Shown one piece after another: positions 29,923 to 42,126 of a stretch of DNA of 64,000 nucleotides. Source of the stretch: an uncultured Solirubrobacterales bacterium (lineage in GTDB: Bacteria > Actinomycetota > Thermoleophilia > Solirubrobacterales > JBBDJG01); NCBI GenBank assembly GCA_963780475.1, contig CAWACB010000005.1, positions 96,122 through 160,121 of the forward strand. The letters are read 5' to 3'. The notes under the pieces were generated by a model. That model did not search any database. It saw nothing but the letters and a program-made list of their open reading frames with translations, and was not told where the DNA came from. The position numbers and the translations under genes are program-made. Every line of letters starts with the position of its first letter. Within the stretch, counting starts at the first letter, position 1.

Positions 29923-30954
29923 TTGGTGACCAGGGACGGCGACGTGACCGTGGGCGTGGTCGGCCTCGGCTATTGGGGGCCGAACCTCGCGCGCAACTTC
30001 GCCGCACTCGAGGGATGCCGCCTGGCCTGGTGCTGCGACCGCTCCGCGGAGGCGCGGGCGCGCTGGGAGCGTTCCCTGCCGGGAGCGCGGTTCACGGGCG
30101 AGCTGGACGACCTGCTGTCAGACGACGAGCTCGACGCGGTTGTGATCGCCACCGACGTGCCCTCGCATGCGGCGCTCGCGACGCGCGCGCTGTCGGCAGG
30201 CAAGCATTGCTTCGTCGAGAAGCCGCTGGCCCAGTCGTCCGCGGAGGCCGCCGAGGTGCTCGCCGCCGCGGAGGCGGCCGGCCGCACGCTGATGGTCGGC
30301 CACCTGCTCGAGTACCACCCGGGCATCGCCAAGCTGAAGGAGATCGTCGCCGCGGGCGAGCTGGGCGACGTCTATTACGTCTATTCCAACAGACTCAACC
30401 TGGGCAAGATCCGTGACGACGAGAACGCGCTGTGGAGCCTCGGCGCACACGACGTCTCGGTGCTGCTGTACCTGTTCGACGGCGAGGAGCCCTCGGAGGT
30501 GCTGACTCGCGGCGAGTCGTTCGTCCGCCCGGGCGTCGAGGACGTCGTCTTCTGCTACTTGCGCTTCCCGTCGGGCCGGGTCGCCCACATGCATCTCTCC
30601 TGGCTCGACCCGCACAAGGAGCGCCGCCTGACGGTCGTGGGCTCGCGCCGGATGGCCACCTTCGACGACATGGCGCTGGAGCAGAAGCTGACGATCTACG
30701 ACAAGGGCTTCGATCCGGACTTCCGCAACTACGGCGAGTACATCACGCGCTCGGGGGACGTGATGAGCCCCCGGATCCCGAACGAGGAGCCGCTGCGCAT
30801 CGAGTGCCGGCACTTCGTGGAGAGCGTGCGCACGGGCGTCGAGCCGCAGTCGGGCGCCCAGAGCGCGATGCGTACGGTGCGCGTCCTCGAGAGCCTGCAG
30901 CGCTCGCTCGACGAGGGCGGCGTCCCGCAGGCGATGGCCGGGAGCAACGCCTGA
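29923..30954 (+). CDS. Gfo/Idh/MocA-family oxidoreductase (WbpB-like)
   Basis: 343-aa track ORF. VGVVGLGYWGPNLARNF, CFVEKPLA, GHLLEYHP. Confidence 0.8.
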   Translation: MVTRDGDVTVGVVGLGYWGPNLARNFAALEGCRLAWCCDRSAEARARWERSLPGARFTGELDDLLSDDELDAVVIATDVPSHAALATRALSAGKHCFVEKPLAQSSAEAAEVLAAAEAAGRTLMVGHLLEYHPGIAKLKEIVAAGELGDVYYVYSNRLNLGKIRDDENALWSLGAHDVSVLLYLFDGEEPSEVLTRGESFVRPGVEDVVFCYLRFPSGRVAHMHLSWLDPHKERRLTVVGSRRMATFDDMALEQKLTIYDKGFDPDFRNYGEYITRSGDVMSPRIPNEEPLRIECRHFVESVRTGVEPQSGAQSAMRTVRVLESLQRSLDEGGVPQAMAGSNA

Positions 30955-30962
30955 AGCACTGC

Positions 30963-31630
30963 GTGCATCCCTCCGATCGCGCGCCCGGCCTGATGCTCGG
31001 TCACGACGTCAAGATCGCCGACGACGCCGAGATCGGCGCCTGCGTCGTGGTGCACAGCGGCACGGCGATCGGCTCGGGCTGTGAGGTGCAGGACGGCGCC
31101 GTCCTGGGCAAGCGGCCGCGGCTCGGGCGCCACTCGCGCGCCACCGTCGGGGACCTGGAACCGTTGGTGATGGAGGCCGGCAGCGCGATCTGCGCGGGCG
31201 CTGTCGTCTATGCGGGCGCGCGCATCGAACACGCCGCAGTCGTCGGTGACCAGTCCCAGGTGCGCGAGCACAGTGTGATCGGCGCGGAGTCGGTGATCGG
31301 GCGCGGGACGGGCGTCGAGAGCGATGTGCGGATCGGGGTCGGGGTCCGCATCCAGTCCAACTGCTTCATCGCCGCATGCACCGTGATCGAGGACGGGGTG
31401 TTCGTCGGTCCCGGCGTCTTGACGACGAACGACGACACCGCCGGGCGCCGGCCCGCGGACGAGCCGCTCCGGGGAGCGATCCTGCGGCGCGGCTGCCGGA
31501 TCGGGGCCGGGGCCGTCCTGCGACCGGGCATCGAGGTCGGCGAGGAGGCGTTTGTGGCGGCGGGCGCCGTCGTCACCGGCGACGTGGCGCCTGGGACATT
31601 GGTGATGGGCGTTCCGGCAAAGGCCGCCGC

Positions 31631-31634
<4 letters not shown>
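30963..31634 (+). CDS. hexapeptide-repeat (left-handed beta-helix) acetyltransferase (WbpD-like)
   Basis: Downstream part of track ORF 30432..31634, from GTG 30963 (ATG 31005 is an alternative). Repeated [LIV]-G-x4 hexapeptides throughout (IGSGCEVQDGAVLG..., IGVGVRIQSNCFI...). Confidence 0.75.
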
Positions 31635-34331
<2,697 letters not shown>

Positions 34332-34335
<4 letters not shown>

Positions 34336-35745
34336 TCGGCCGGCTCCGCGATGCCGGCGGGGATCGCCGCCGAGCGGATCGGTACGGGCGAGGTTGGCGA
34401 ACTTCGGGTAGCGCGACAGGAACGACAGCTCGACGTGCGTGCCGGCGGGCCCGTTGCGGTGCTTGGCGATCGCGACCTCCGCGATGCCCTTGGCCTCCTC
34501 GTTCTCGGGGTTGTAGTACTCGTCGCGGTAGATGAACATCACGAGGTCCGCGTCCTGCTCGATCTGGCCGCTCTCGCGCAGGTCCGACAGCAGCGGCCGC
34601 TTGTCCGGGACGCTGCTCGGGCGTGCGGTTCAGCTGCGAGACCGCCATCACGGGCACGTTCAGCTCGCGCGCCAGGATCTTCAGCCCGCGGCTGATCTGA
34701 CCCGACCTGCTCGACGCGGCTGTCGGCGTGCGACTGGGCGCGCATCAGCTGCAGGTAGTCGACCACCACGAGGCCGAGACCGCCGCGGCTCATCTCGCGC
34801 GCGTGCAGGCGCCGGGCCTTCGCGCGCAGCTCCAGGATGTCGATGTCCGAGGAGTCGTCGATCCACAGCGGCGCGCGCTCGAGCGCCTGGCAGGCCTTCA
34901 GGATCTTCGGCCAGTCGGCGCGCGCGACCTGGCCCTTGCGCAGCTTGTCGCCGGGGATCTTCGCCTGGCTGGCGACGAACCGCTGCGCCAGCTCCGTCTC
35001 GCTCATCTCGAGCGAGAACAGCGCCACGGGCTGGCCGTGCTTGACGGCCACGTTCTCGGCGATGTTGGCGACCAGCGCGCTCTTCCCCATCGAGGGCCGC
35101 GCGGCGAGCACGATCAGGTTCGACGCGCTGGAAGCCGCCGGTGATGTTGTCGAGCTCGTTGAAGCCGGACGGCGTGCCGGTCACCGCCTGACCCTGGCGC
35201 GAGATCTCCTCGAGCTTGTCGAGCTCGTCGTGGAGGATCTCGTCGATCGAGCGGAAGTCGCCGGTGCTCTCCGGCGTGTGCGACGTCGAACAGCCAGCGC
35301 TCGGCGTCCTCGACGTTCTGCGCGGGGCTCGCCGCGCCGGTCGTGGACCTTGATCTGGATCCGCTGCGCCACCTCGAGCAGCCGCCGCATGGTCGCTTGC
35401 TCCTTGACCAGGTTGCGCGTAGTGGCGGGCATTGCCGGCGGTCGGGAACGGCACGCGGCCAGCTGGTGCACGTAGGGCTTGCCGCCGGCGCTCGTCGAGC
35501 TCGCCGCGCTCCTCCAGCTCGGCGCAGACCGTCAGCGCATCGACCGCCTCGTTCTTCTCGTGCAGCGACATGATTCCGCGGAAGATGGCGCGGTGCTGCT
35601 CGCGGTAGAAGTCATCGGCCCGCAGCCGTACGTCGACCATCACGGCCGCGATCGCCGCTTCGGAGATCAGCATCGCGCCGAGCACCGACTCCTCGGCCTC
35701 GAGGTTCTGCGGAGGGACGGCCCCGTTGGACGGAGCGACCGTCAA
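34332..35745 (-). pseudogene. dnaB: replicative DNA helicase DnaB, interrupted by about nine frameshifts as sequenced
   Basis: Every DnaB segment is present and well conserved but spread over three frames (track ORFs 34681..35745, 35181..35471, 34539..35111, 33617..34657, 34225..34542). In order: MTVAPSNGAVPPQNLEAEESVLGAML.. / AGGKPYVHQLAA / VPFPTAGNARHYA / LVKEQATMRRLLEVAQRIQIK / QNVEDAERWLFDVA. Then HTPESTGDFRSIDEIL..ITGGFQ / SNLIVLAARPSMGKSALV..DSRVEQVG / [31 protein letters not shown] / [36 protein letters not shown] / [17 protein letters not shown]. Confidence 0.85.
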
Positions 35746-36194
35746 GCTTCTTCGACCACGATGGTCTTCACCGAGGCGACCACGTCGTCTGTGACCTCGA
35801 TGTCGACCATGTGGGTGCCCAGTTCGCGGATCGGCTCTTCCAGGCGCACCTTGCGCCTGTCCACCTTGACCCCGCGCGCCTGGCGGACCGCGTCGGCGAT
35901 CTCCTGCGCGGTGACGGAGCCGAACAGGCGGCCGTCGGCACCCGCGCGGTGGGAGATCGTGAGCACGGTCTTGGAGAGCAGTGCCGCCGTCTCGCGGCCG
36001 CGCTCCTCCTGATCGCGGGCGGCGGTCTCGGCCGCCTCCATGCGGCGCCGGGCCGCTGCGATCGACGCGTCGGTGGCGGTCTGCGCGAGCTTGCGCGGCG
36101 CGAGGAAGTTCCGCAGGTAGCCGGCGGAGACGTCCACGACCGAGCCGGCCTCGCCCAGGCCCTCGACGTCCTTCAGCAGGATCGCCTGTGGCAC
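35742..36194 (-). CDS. rplI: 50S ribosomal protein L9
   Basis: 150-aa track ORF. ILLKDVEGLGEAGSVVDVSAGYLRNFLAPRKLA. Confidence 0.9.
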   Translation of the reverse strand: MPQAILLKDVEGLGEAGSVVDVSAGYLRNFLAPRKLAQTATDASIAAARRRMEAAETAARDQEERGRETAALLSKTVLTISHRAGADGRLFGSVTAQEIADAVRQARGVKVDRRKVRLEEPIRELGTHMVDIEVTDDVVASVKTIVVEEA

Positions 36195-36198
36195 CGGG

Positions 36199-36471
36199 TT
36201 AGCGCTCGCCGACGTAGGGCAGGAGCGCCAGCTCGCGGGCGCGCTTGACGGCGTTCGCGAGCTGGTTCTGATGCCGGCGGCAGCAGCCCGTGATGCGGCG
36301 CGAGCGGATCTTGCCCTTGTCGGACAGGTAGCGCCGCAGGGACCCGAAGTCCTTGTAGTCGATCTGATCGACCTTGTCCCGGCAGAAGTGACAGCTCTTG
36401 CGCCGTCCGCCGGAGCCGGAGGGCGACTTGGACCGTCTGCTGCTGCTCGTGGGACCGCGCTGCTTTGCCAA
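36199..36471 (-). CDS. rpsR: 30S ribosomal protein S18
   Basis: 90-aa track [18 protein letters not shown]...[42 protein letters not shown]. Confidence 0.9.
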   Translation of the reverse strand: MAKQRGPTSSSRRSKSPSGSGGRRKSCHFCRDKVDQIDYKDFGSLRRYLSDKGKIRSRRITGCCRRHQNQLANAVKRARELALLPYVGER

Positions 36472-36535
36472 CTACTGCACCTGCCTGCGTCGTAGAGGTG
36501 GAATGCCGTCCGGGCGCGCGCCGGCGCGGATCTGG

Positions 36536-37007
36536 CTAGAACGGAATGTCGTCGTCCGAGCCTCCGCCGCCACCGCCACCAGCGCTACCACCGCCAACTG
36601 CGGCGGTCTGGAAGTCGGAGGTGTCGGCCGGGAGGTCGGACGGGACCGAGCCATTGGCCGGAGCCGCGTCGCGAGAGCCCAGGAACTGGACTGACTCGGC
36701 AATGATATCCACAGACTGCCGCTTGTGCTCCCTCCTGCGTCTCGTACTCGCGCCAGTTCAGCCGGCCGTCGACTGCGACGGGACGGCCCTTGCTCAGGTA
36801 CTGGGCACAGTTGTCGCCCTGCGCTCCGAACACGGTCACGTCGAAGTAGTTGGGCTTGTCGACCCACTGGCCGCTGTCGTCCTTCCGCCGGCCGTTGACG
36901 GCGACGCGCAGACTGCAGATCGACATGCCGCTCTGCGTGGAGCGAAGCTCGGGGTCGCGGGTGAGGTTCCCCGTGATGATCACGCGGTTGATGTTCGAGG
37001 CTGCCAC
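36536..37007 (-). CDS. ssb: single-stranded DNA-binding protein; frame broken near 36725-36733
   Basis: GTG 37007. The OB fold AASNINRVIITGNLTRDPELR...DGRLNWREYETQEG lies in track ORF 36585..37400(-). The rest, HKRQSVDIIAESVQFLGSRD...GGGGGGGSDDDIPF* with the canonical acidic DDDIPF tip, is in another frame and ends at TAG 36536-36538. Confidence 0.85.
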
Positions 37008-37183
37008 TGCTGCGTCTCCCTTCTTCGGATGGCGGCTCCGAGCCGCCTTAAAGCTCGGTTCGACAGTGTAAGCAGCGAGGCAGGCCGTGGTCCAGCCCCT
37101 GCTCGCAGGAAAAAGTCGGAAAGTCAGGACTTTGACAGTTGTTACCGGCCGCGGGAGTGCGAGCCGCTGCGCGGCCGAGGCCG

Positions 37184-37761
37184 TTAGCTCTGCTCGGAGG
37201 ACTCGCCGGCCGGTTGCTCGGCGGCGACCGTTTCCTGGGCCGGAACGGGCTCGGCAGGGGCCTCCTGCGGCCGGGCTCTCCTGCGGCTGGAGCGGTCTCG
37301 TCTGCAGGCGCCGGCTCCGGAGCGGCCTCCGAAGCCTCCGTGGGCTCGTCCGGCGAATCGCTGCGCGGCCCACGGCCCCGGCCACGGTCGCCGCGATCAC
37401 CCCGGTCGCCGCGATCCTCGGTGCGGCGCGGCTCCTCCGGCGCGGGCTTGGGCGGCGTGTCGGGCGCTTCGCCCGGGAGCCGGATGATCCGGTGGCGGAT
37501 CACCGCGTCCTCGATCGAAAGCGAGCGGTCCAGCTCCGACAGCAGCTCCGAATCGGCCTCGAACTGGAACAGGTGGTACTGGGCCTCCCCGCGGTGGTCG
37601 ATCTCGTAGGCGAGCTTGCGGGAGCCCCAATCGACGTCGCCCTTGAGCGCTCCGCGCTCCTGGATCTGGCGCCGGATCCGGTCGATGACGCCGGCGCGCC
37701 GCTCGTCCGGGGACTCCAGGTCGAGCAGCACGAAGAGGTCGTAGGCGGCTGGCTTTGGCAT
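37184..37761 (-). CDS. rpsF: 30S ribosomal protein S6; frame broken near 37270
   Basis: Track ORF 37048..37815(-) trimmed to ATG 37761. YDLFVLLDLESPDERRAG...GSRKLAYEIDHRGEAQYHLFQFEA. An acidic tail PQEAPAEPVPAQETVAAEQPAGESSEQS* is read in another frame and ends at TAA 37184-37186. The in-frame continuation is Arg/Pro-rich nonsense. Confidence 0.8.
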
Positions 37762-37886
37762 CGATGCGAGTGGCCGCGGCAAACGCGCTGCATAGCGGCC
37801 GCGGCGGCGCCGCACTATAGCCGAGTTCGGCCGACTTTCCGGAGCTTGTGGGGGCGAGAACGCCCGGCGCCGGGCCTTGTACCGGT

Positions 37887-38360
37887 ATGGGGCAAGTGCT
37901 CGAGACAGGCCGCGCGGCGCGCGGTTTCGCCCGGCGGATCCGCTGGCGGAACGTCGCCCTGCTCGCTGCCGTCACGGCGCTGATGGCGGTCGCTCCGCAG
38001 CTGCTCACACGGCCACGGCCCGCCGCTCCGGCCACACAGGCGGGGCAACAGGTGCCGCGAGCTATCCGCGCGGCCGCGTCGAGCGCCGGCGCCGGCTCGC
38101 GCTGCGCCGCGGCGTCGAGCGGGGCGTGGCGCCTCGTCACACCGGCGTCGTCAGAGCCCGGCGAGCCACCGCCGCCCGCCCGGCGCCACCGCCGCGCGCG
38201 CCGGCACCACCTGCGCCCGTGTCGCCACAACCGGCCGGCGGAGAATTCGCTCCCTGAGGCGACGTCTACGAGGCCGATGGGGCCTGAGGGGGGTGTTGGC
38301 GCGCCTCGATGTCGACCAGCTGCGACTCGATCCAGTCCTCCGGCGTGCGGGAGGCGATGA
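37887..38360 (+). CDS. possible small membrane-anchored Pro/Ala-rich protein (weak)
   Basis: ATG 37887 within track ORF 37848..38360. One TM (WRNVALLAAVTALMAVAPQLL), then low-complexity sequence that overlaps the otsA 3' end. An alternative frame ends PAPPAPVSPQPAGGEFAP* at 38257. May be non-coding. Confidence 0.25.
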   Translation: MGQVLETGRAARGFARRIRWRNVALLAAVTALMAVAPQLLTRPRPAAPATQAGQQVPRAIRAAASSAGAGSRCAAASSGAWRLVTPASSEPGEPPPPARRHRRARRHHLRPCRHNRPAENSLPEATSTRPMGPEGGVGAPRCRPAATRSSPPACGRR

Positions 38361-39759
38361 TCGCCCGCAGCCGCGACATCCGGTCGGCGCGCTCCTCCGG
38401 CGACGCCGTCAGGGCCCGGTAAATCGCGTCGGCCTGCTCCTGGACGTCGAACGGGTTGACCGACAGGGTGCACTCGCCGAGCTCCTCGTGGGCACCCGTG
38501 TTCTCGGACAGGATCATCATCCCGTTGCGGGTGTTGATCAGCGGTCCCTCCTTGGAGACGAGGTTCATCCCGTCCCACATCGCGTTGACCATCAGCGCGT
38601 CGAAGTGCTTGTAGAGCGCGACCGCCTCCTCGAAGTCGTCCCGCAGACGCAGGTCGATCGGCATCCAGTCCGGCGTCCCGTGCCGGTGGTTGATCACCGC
38701 GACCAGCGCCTCGATCTTCTCGAGGTACTCGACGTACTCGGGCACGTCCTGGCGGGAGGGCTGCAGATGCGCGACGAACGTCACCCGCTCGCTGAAATCC
38801 GGGTGCTGCTCGAGGAAGATGTCGAACGCGGTGAAGCCGCGCAGCACGTTCTTGGACAGGTCCGCCCGGTCGACGCGCAGGATCAGGTGGTCGCGCCGGC
38901 GGCGCAGGATCTCCTGCTCGTGCACCCGCACGCCCTCGCTGGCGGCGACCTCCTCGAACAGCTCCTCGTCGATCGCGAGTGGGTAGGGGCGCACCAGCAC
39001 CTCGCGGCCGTCCTCGCGCATCACGGCTCCGCGCCGGAAGTCCGTGTCGAGCTCCATCAGCTCGCGGCAGCACTGCAGGAAGTTGTTGCAGTAAGGGCGC
39101 GTGTGGAAGCCGATGATGTCGTTGGCCAAGAGGCCCTCGAAGATCTCCCGGCGCATCTCGGCCGGCAGTACCCGCCAGGCGTCCGGCGCGGTCCAGGGGA
39201 TGTGGACGAAGTGGTGGAGAAAGGCGTCCGGCCGCTCGGCGCGGATGATTCCCGGGCAGGTGTAGAAGTGGTAGTCGTGGATCATCACGAGCGGGTTCTC
39301 GACGTCCTCGATCTCCTCGAGCACCGCGTGCGCCAGGTCGGCGTTGACTGCCTTGTAGCCGTCGCGCCAGGCGATCCGCTCGTGCATGCGGATGTCCGGC
39401 ACGTTGGAGAGGTCCCACAGGTAGTGCTGGATGAACCACAGCAGCGGGTTCGCGATCACGTTGTAGAAGCCGTCGTAGGCGTCGGGGTCCGAGGAGACCA
39501 GCCGGATGCGGTAGCGCGCACTTCCCATGTCCACGTCGAAGGCCCGCTCACCGTGACGCCGGCTCATCTCGACGTCCTCGTCCGTCATCGCCGAGGCGAT
39601 CCAGATCGCCTCCCGCTTGCGCAGCAGGCCGGTCAGCGCGGTCACCAGGCCGCCGCCTCCACGCCGCGGGACCAGCTCACCGCTCTCGTCGCGCACGAAC
39701 ATCGCCGGGCCGCGGTTGGACAGCAGTATCAGCCGCTGCTGTCCGGGCTGGCCCGGCAT
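38266..39759 (-). CDS. otsA: alpha,alpha-trehalose-phosphate synthase (GT20)
   Basis: 497-aa track ORF. LLSNRGP, GGGGLVTAL, ANPLLWFIQHY, IHDYHF, RVDRADLSKN, DGMNLVSKE. Confidence 0.9.
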   Translation of the reverse strand: MPGQPGQQRLILLSNRGPAMFVRDESGELVPRRGGGGLVTALTGLLRKREAIWIASAMTDEDVEMSRRHGERAFDVDMGSARYRIRLVSSDPDAYDGFYNVIANPLLWFIQHYLWDLSNVPDIRMHERIAWRDGYKAVNADLAHAVLEEIEDVENPLVMIHDYHFYTCPGIIRAERPDAFLHHFVHIPWTAPDAWRVLPAEMRREIFEGLLANDIIGFHTRPYCNNFLQCCRELMELDTDFRRGAVMREDGREVLVRPYPLAIDEELFEEVAASEGVRVHEQEILRRRRDHLILRVDRADLSKNVLRGFTAFDIFLEQHPDFSERVTFVAHLQPSRQDVPEYVEYLEKIEALVAVINHRHGTPDWMPIDLRLRDDFEEAVALYKHFDALMVNAMWDGMNLVSKEGPLINTRNGMMILSENTGAHEELGECTLSVNPFDVQEQADAIYRALTASPEERADRMSRLRAIIASRTPEDWIESQLVDIEARQHPPQAPSAS

Positions 39760-39786
39760 GTCAGTGAGACTGCTCGCGGCGGTCCA

Positions 39787-41025
39787 CTAGCTGAGCTCGT
39801 TGAAGATCTTCAGCCAGTCGCGTAGCAGGCGTGGCATCAGGAAGTGCGTGCGCACATGCTCCTTGCCGGCGCGGCCGAGCCGCTTGCCGAGCTCGGGATC
39901 GTCCAGCACCTTGATGCTCGCGGCGGCGGCCTCCTCGGCGGAGTTGACGAGGAAGCCGGTCTCGCCGTCCATGACCTGCAGGGGGATGCCGCCGACGTTC
40001 CCCGCGATCGTCGGGCGCGCCTTCCACAGTGCTTCCGAAACCGTCAGCCCAAAGCCCTCGCGCGTGCTCTTCTGCAGCAGGACATCGGCCTGCGACTGGA
40101 ACGCATTCACCTCGATCGCGCCGACGTTGTTGAGGTTGTTGAGGATCTTGATGTCCTCGTCCCCGGCGGCGTGCTCGTGCGTCTTCTGGAAGAAGTCCCA
40201 GCCCTCGGGGTCGTCGGTCGCCATCGATCCGACAAGAGCCAGCTGCACACCCGGGTGCTTCTCCTTGACGATCCGGTAGGCGTCGATCACGCCGAGCGGG
40301 TCCTTCCAGGGGTCGAAGCGGGAGACCTGGCACATCAGCGGGCGGTCGACGTCGACGCCGAACTGGTCGCACACGAAGGCGGCGTCCTCGGGCGACAGCG
40401 CCATGTTCTTCGGGGACAGCGGGTCGATCGCCGGCGGCACGATCTCCACCTTGCCGTCGACTCCGTCGGGCACGTACTTCTGGAGGTGGAAGACCTTGGC
40501 GTCGTAGGCCTCGACCATCGGGACGATATGCGACAGCGAATCCTGGTTCGGCGTCGAGAGGTCGATGTGGCAGCGCCAGATCCAGCGCGGACGCCGGCGC
40601 CCGTTCGGGTGGGCGTACTGGAGCAGGGCCGCCGGTTGCGGGTCGTGGATGATCACGAAGTCGTAATCCGTGTCCATCTCCCCGGCGTTCAGGCGGTTGT
40701 ACTTGTCGAAGATCTCCCAGTCCTCGGCCGTGAGGCCGCGCGGGTCGCCCTGCAGGGCGTTGTGGAGCGTCTTCGTGACGTTGAAGAACTCTTCCCGGCC
40801 CAGGACGATGTGCCAGTCGGCGACCAGCCCGGCGTCGCGCATCAGCGGCACCATCGCGTAGAGGATCTCCGACACGCCGCCGCCCATCGCCGTGGCGCTC
40901 ACGTGCAGGACCTTCTTGCCGGCCAGCGGCTCGGCCAGCTCATGGATCTCATCGACCAGCGCGCGGCCGATCAGGTGCCTGTAGTCGCCGAGTGCCTTGT
41001 GGCCAACGCTGACCGGTTGAAGCAA
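39787..41025 (-). CDS. treT: GT4 glycosyltransferase, trehalose synthase TreT-like
   Basis: 412-aa track ORF (TTG start). VLHVSATAMGGGVSEIL, IIHDPQPAAL, RFDPWKDPLGVIDAY, STREGFGLTVSEALWK. Resembles archaeal/Rubrobacter TreT by recall. Confidence 0.7.
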   Translation of the reverse strand: MLQPVSVGHKALGDYRHLIGRALVDEIHELAEPLAGKKVLHVSATAMGGGVSEILYAMVPLMRDAGLVADWHIVLGREEFFNVTKTLHNALQGDPRGLTAEDWEIFDKYNRLNAGEMDTDYDFVIIHDPQPAALLQYAHPNGRRRPRWIWRCHIDLSTPNQDSLSHIVPMVEAYDAKVFHLQKYVPDGVDGKVEIVPPAIDPLSPKNMALSPEDAAFVCDQFGVDVDRPLMCQVSRFDPWKDPLGVIDAYRIVKEKHPGVQLALVGSMATDDPEGWDFFQKTHEHAAGDEDIKILNNLNNVGAIEVNAFQSQADVLLQKSTREGFGLTVSEALWKARPTIAGNVGGIPLQVMDGETGFLVNSAEEAAAASIKVLDDPELGKRLGRAGKEHVRTHFLMPRLLRDWLKIFNELS

Positions 41026-41164
41026 GGGGGGCTCTTTCCTAGTTTGAGTGGACGGGGACTCAGAGCGGCGCCCGGTTGCCGGGCGGCGCGATTATCGCAA
41101 TACAGATGTGGTTCGGAGCCGCAGCCTTCGATGTTGACTTGCGACAGCGGCCGTGCGCCGGTGG

Positions 41165-42125
41165 CTAGCCCGGTTCGCCTACCCGTTCGGACAAGCGCTG
41201 GAACCCCCGATCGAGGAGATCCAGGACCTGCCGGTGCAGGTCGGCGTTGGCCGCCGCCACGCACGACATCTGGAACTCGTGGCCCGAGCCGAGCAGCGGC
41301 CGCGGCCCGAGCGGGTCCCCATAGGCGTCCGTCACGACGGCCCCGGCCTCCTCCAGGCACAGGGCCGCGGCGGCAAGGTCGTACGGCGAGTTGTTGAGGA
41401 CGGCGCCGTCTCCCAGCCGCTCGAAGTCCGCTCGGACGGCGGGCACGTCCTCGATCATGCGCGTGCCGACGTCGACGTAGGCGTCCAGCTGCCCCGTGAC
41501 CAGCCGCGTCATGTCGAACGTCGCCGAGCCGAGGTCGAAGACCGCTCCACCAACCGAGGAGGCGTCGGTCAGCTCGGCCAGCACCGTCATCAGGAGCTCC
41601 GCCGGGCGCCCGCGGAATCCGAAAGTCCAGAACATCCGGCTGACATCCGTGGTCGGGCTGAGCGTGGGCTCGAGCCGCTGCACCATCGCCGTCGCGAATC
41701 TCGAGGCCCTGGCCGCGCTCGGCGAGGAACTCGGCGCCGCTCTTGATCTCGATCACGCACCCGCAGTCCACGTCGCCCATCACCGGCCCGCTGCCGTCCT
41801 TCCACGGCGCGCCGGCAACTGACACGCAGCAGGATTCGAGCCCCGCCATCGCGGGGCGCGTGCCGTCGATCGGGTCCACAACCAGAACGTGATCCGGTGG
41901 CGCCGGGTGGTTCCACACCAATCCCCGGTCCTCGGAATAGAACGCGACCTCCGGAGCTCGCTCCGCCAGGAACGCCTCCAGGAACGTCTCGGCCAGCCGG
42001 TCGATCTCGAAGGTCACGTCACCGCCGGTGCCCGCGTGCACGTGGGCGCGGCCCGCGTGGGCGCCCAGGAACGGCAGCACGTGCGCGCGCAGCTCGCGGC
42101 TCAGCTCGAGGATCAGGTCGCGCAA
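41165..42125 (-). CDS. inositol-monophosphatase/FBPase-family phosphatase; frame broken near 41685-41695
   Basis: The N-terminal half is in track ORF 40971..42125(-) (EIDRLAE..., VVDPIDGT metal motif). The C-terminal half is in ORF 41165..41686(-) (WTFGFRGRP..., YVDVG..., NSPYDLAAAALCLEEAGAVVTD). Confidence 0.7.
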
Positions 42126-42126
42126 C

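Noticed and set aside
37762-37850. rpsF leader (S6:S18 autoregulatory RNA) and promoter. On the minus strand there is a TATAGT box at 37814-37819, then GCCGCGGC...GCCGCGGC.
   Set aside because: The palindromic GC segments could form a hairpin. However, I cannot match them to the known rpsF-leader consensus from memory, and there is no covariation evidence. A covariance-model search would be needed.
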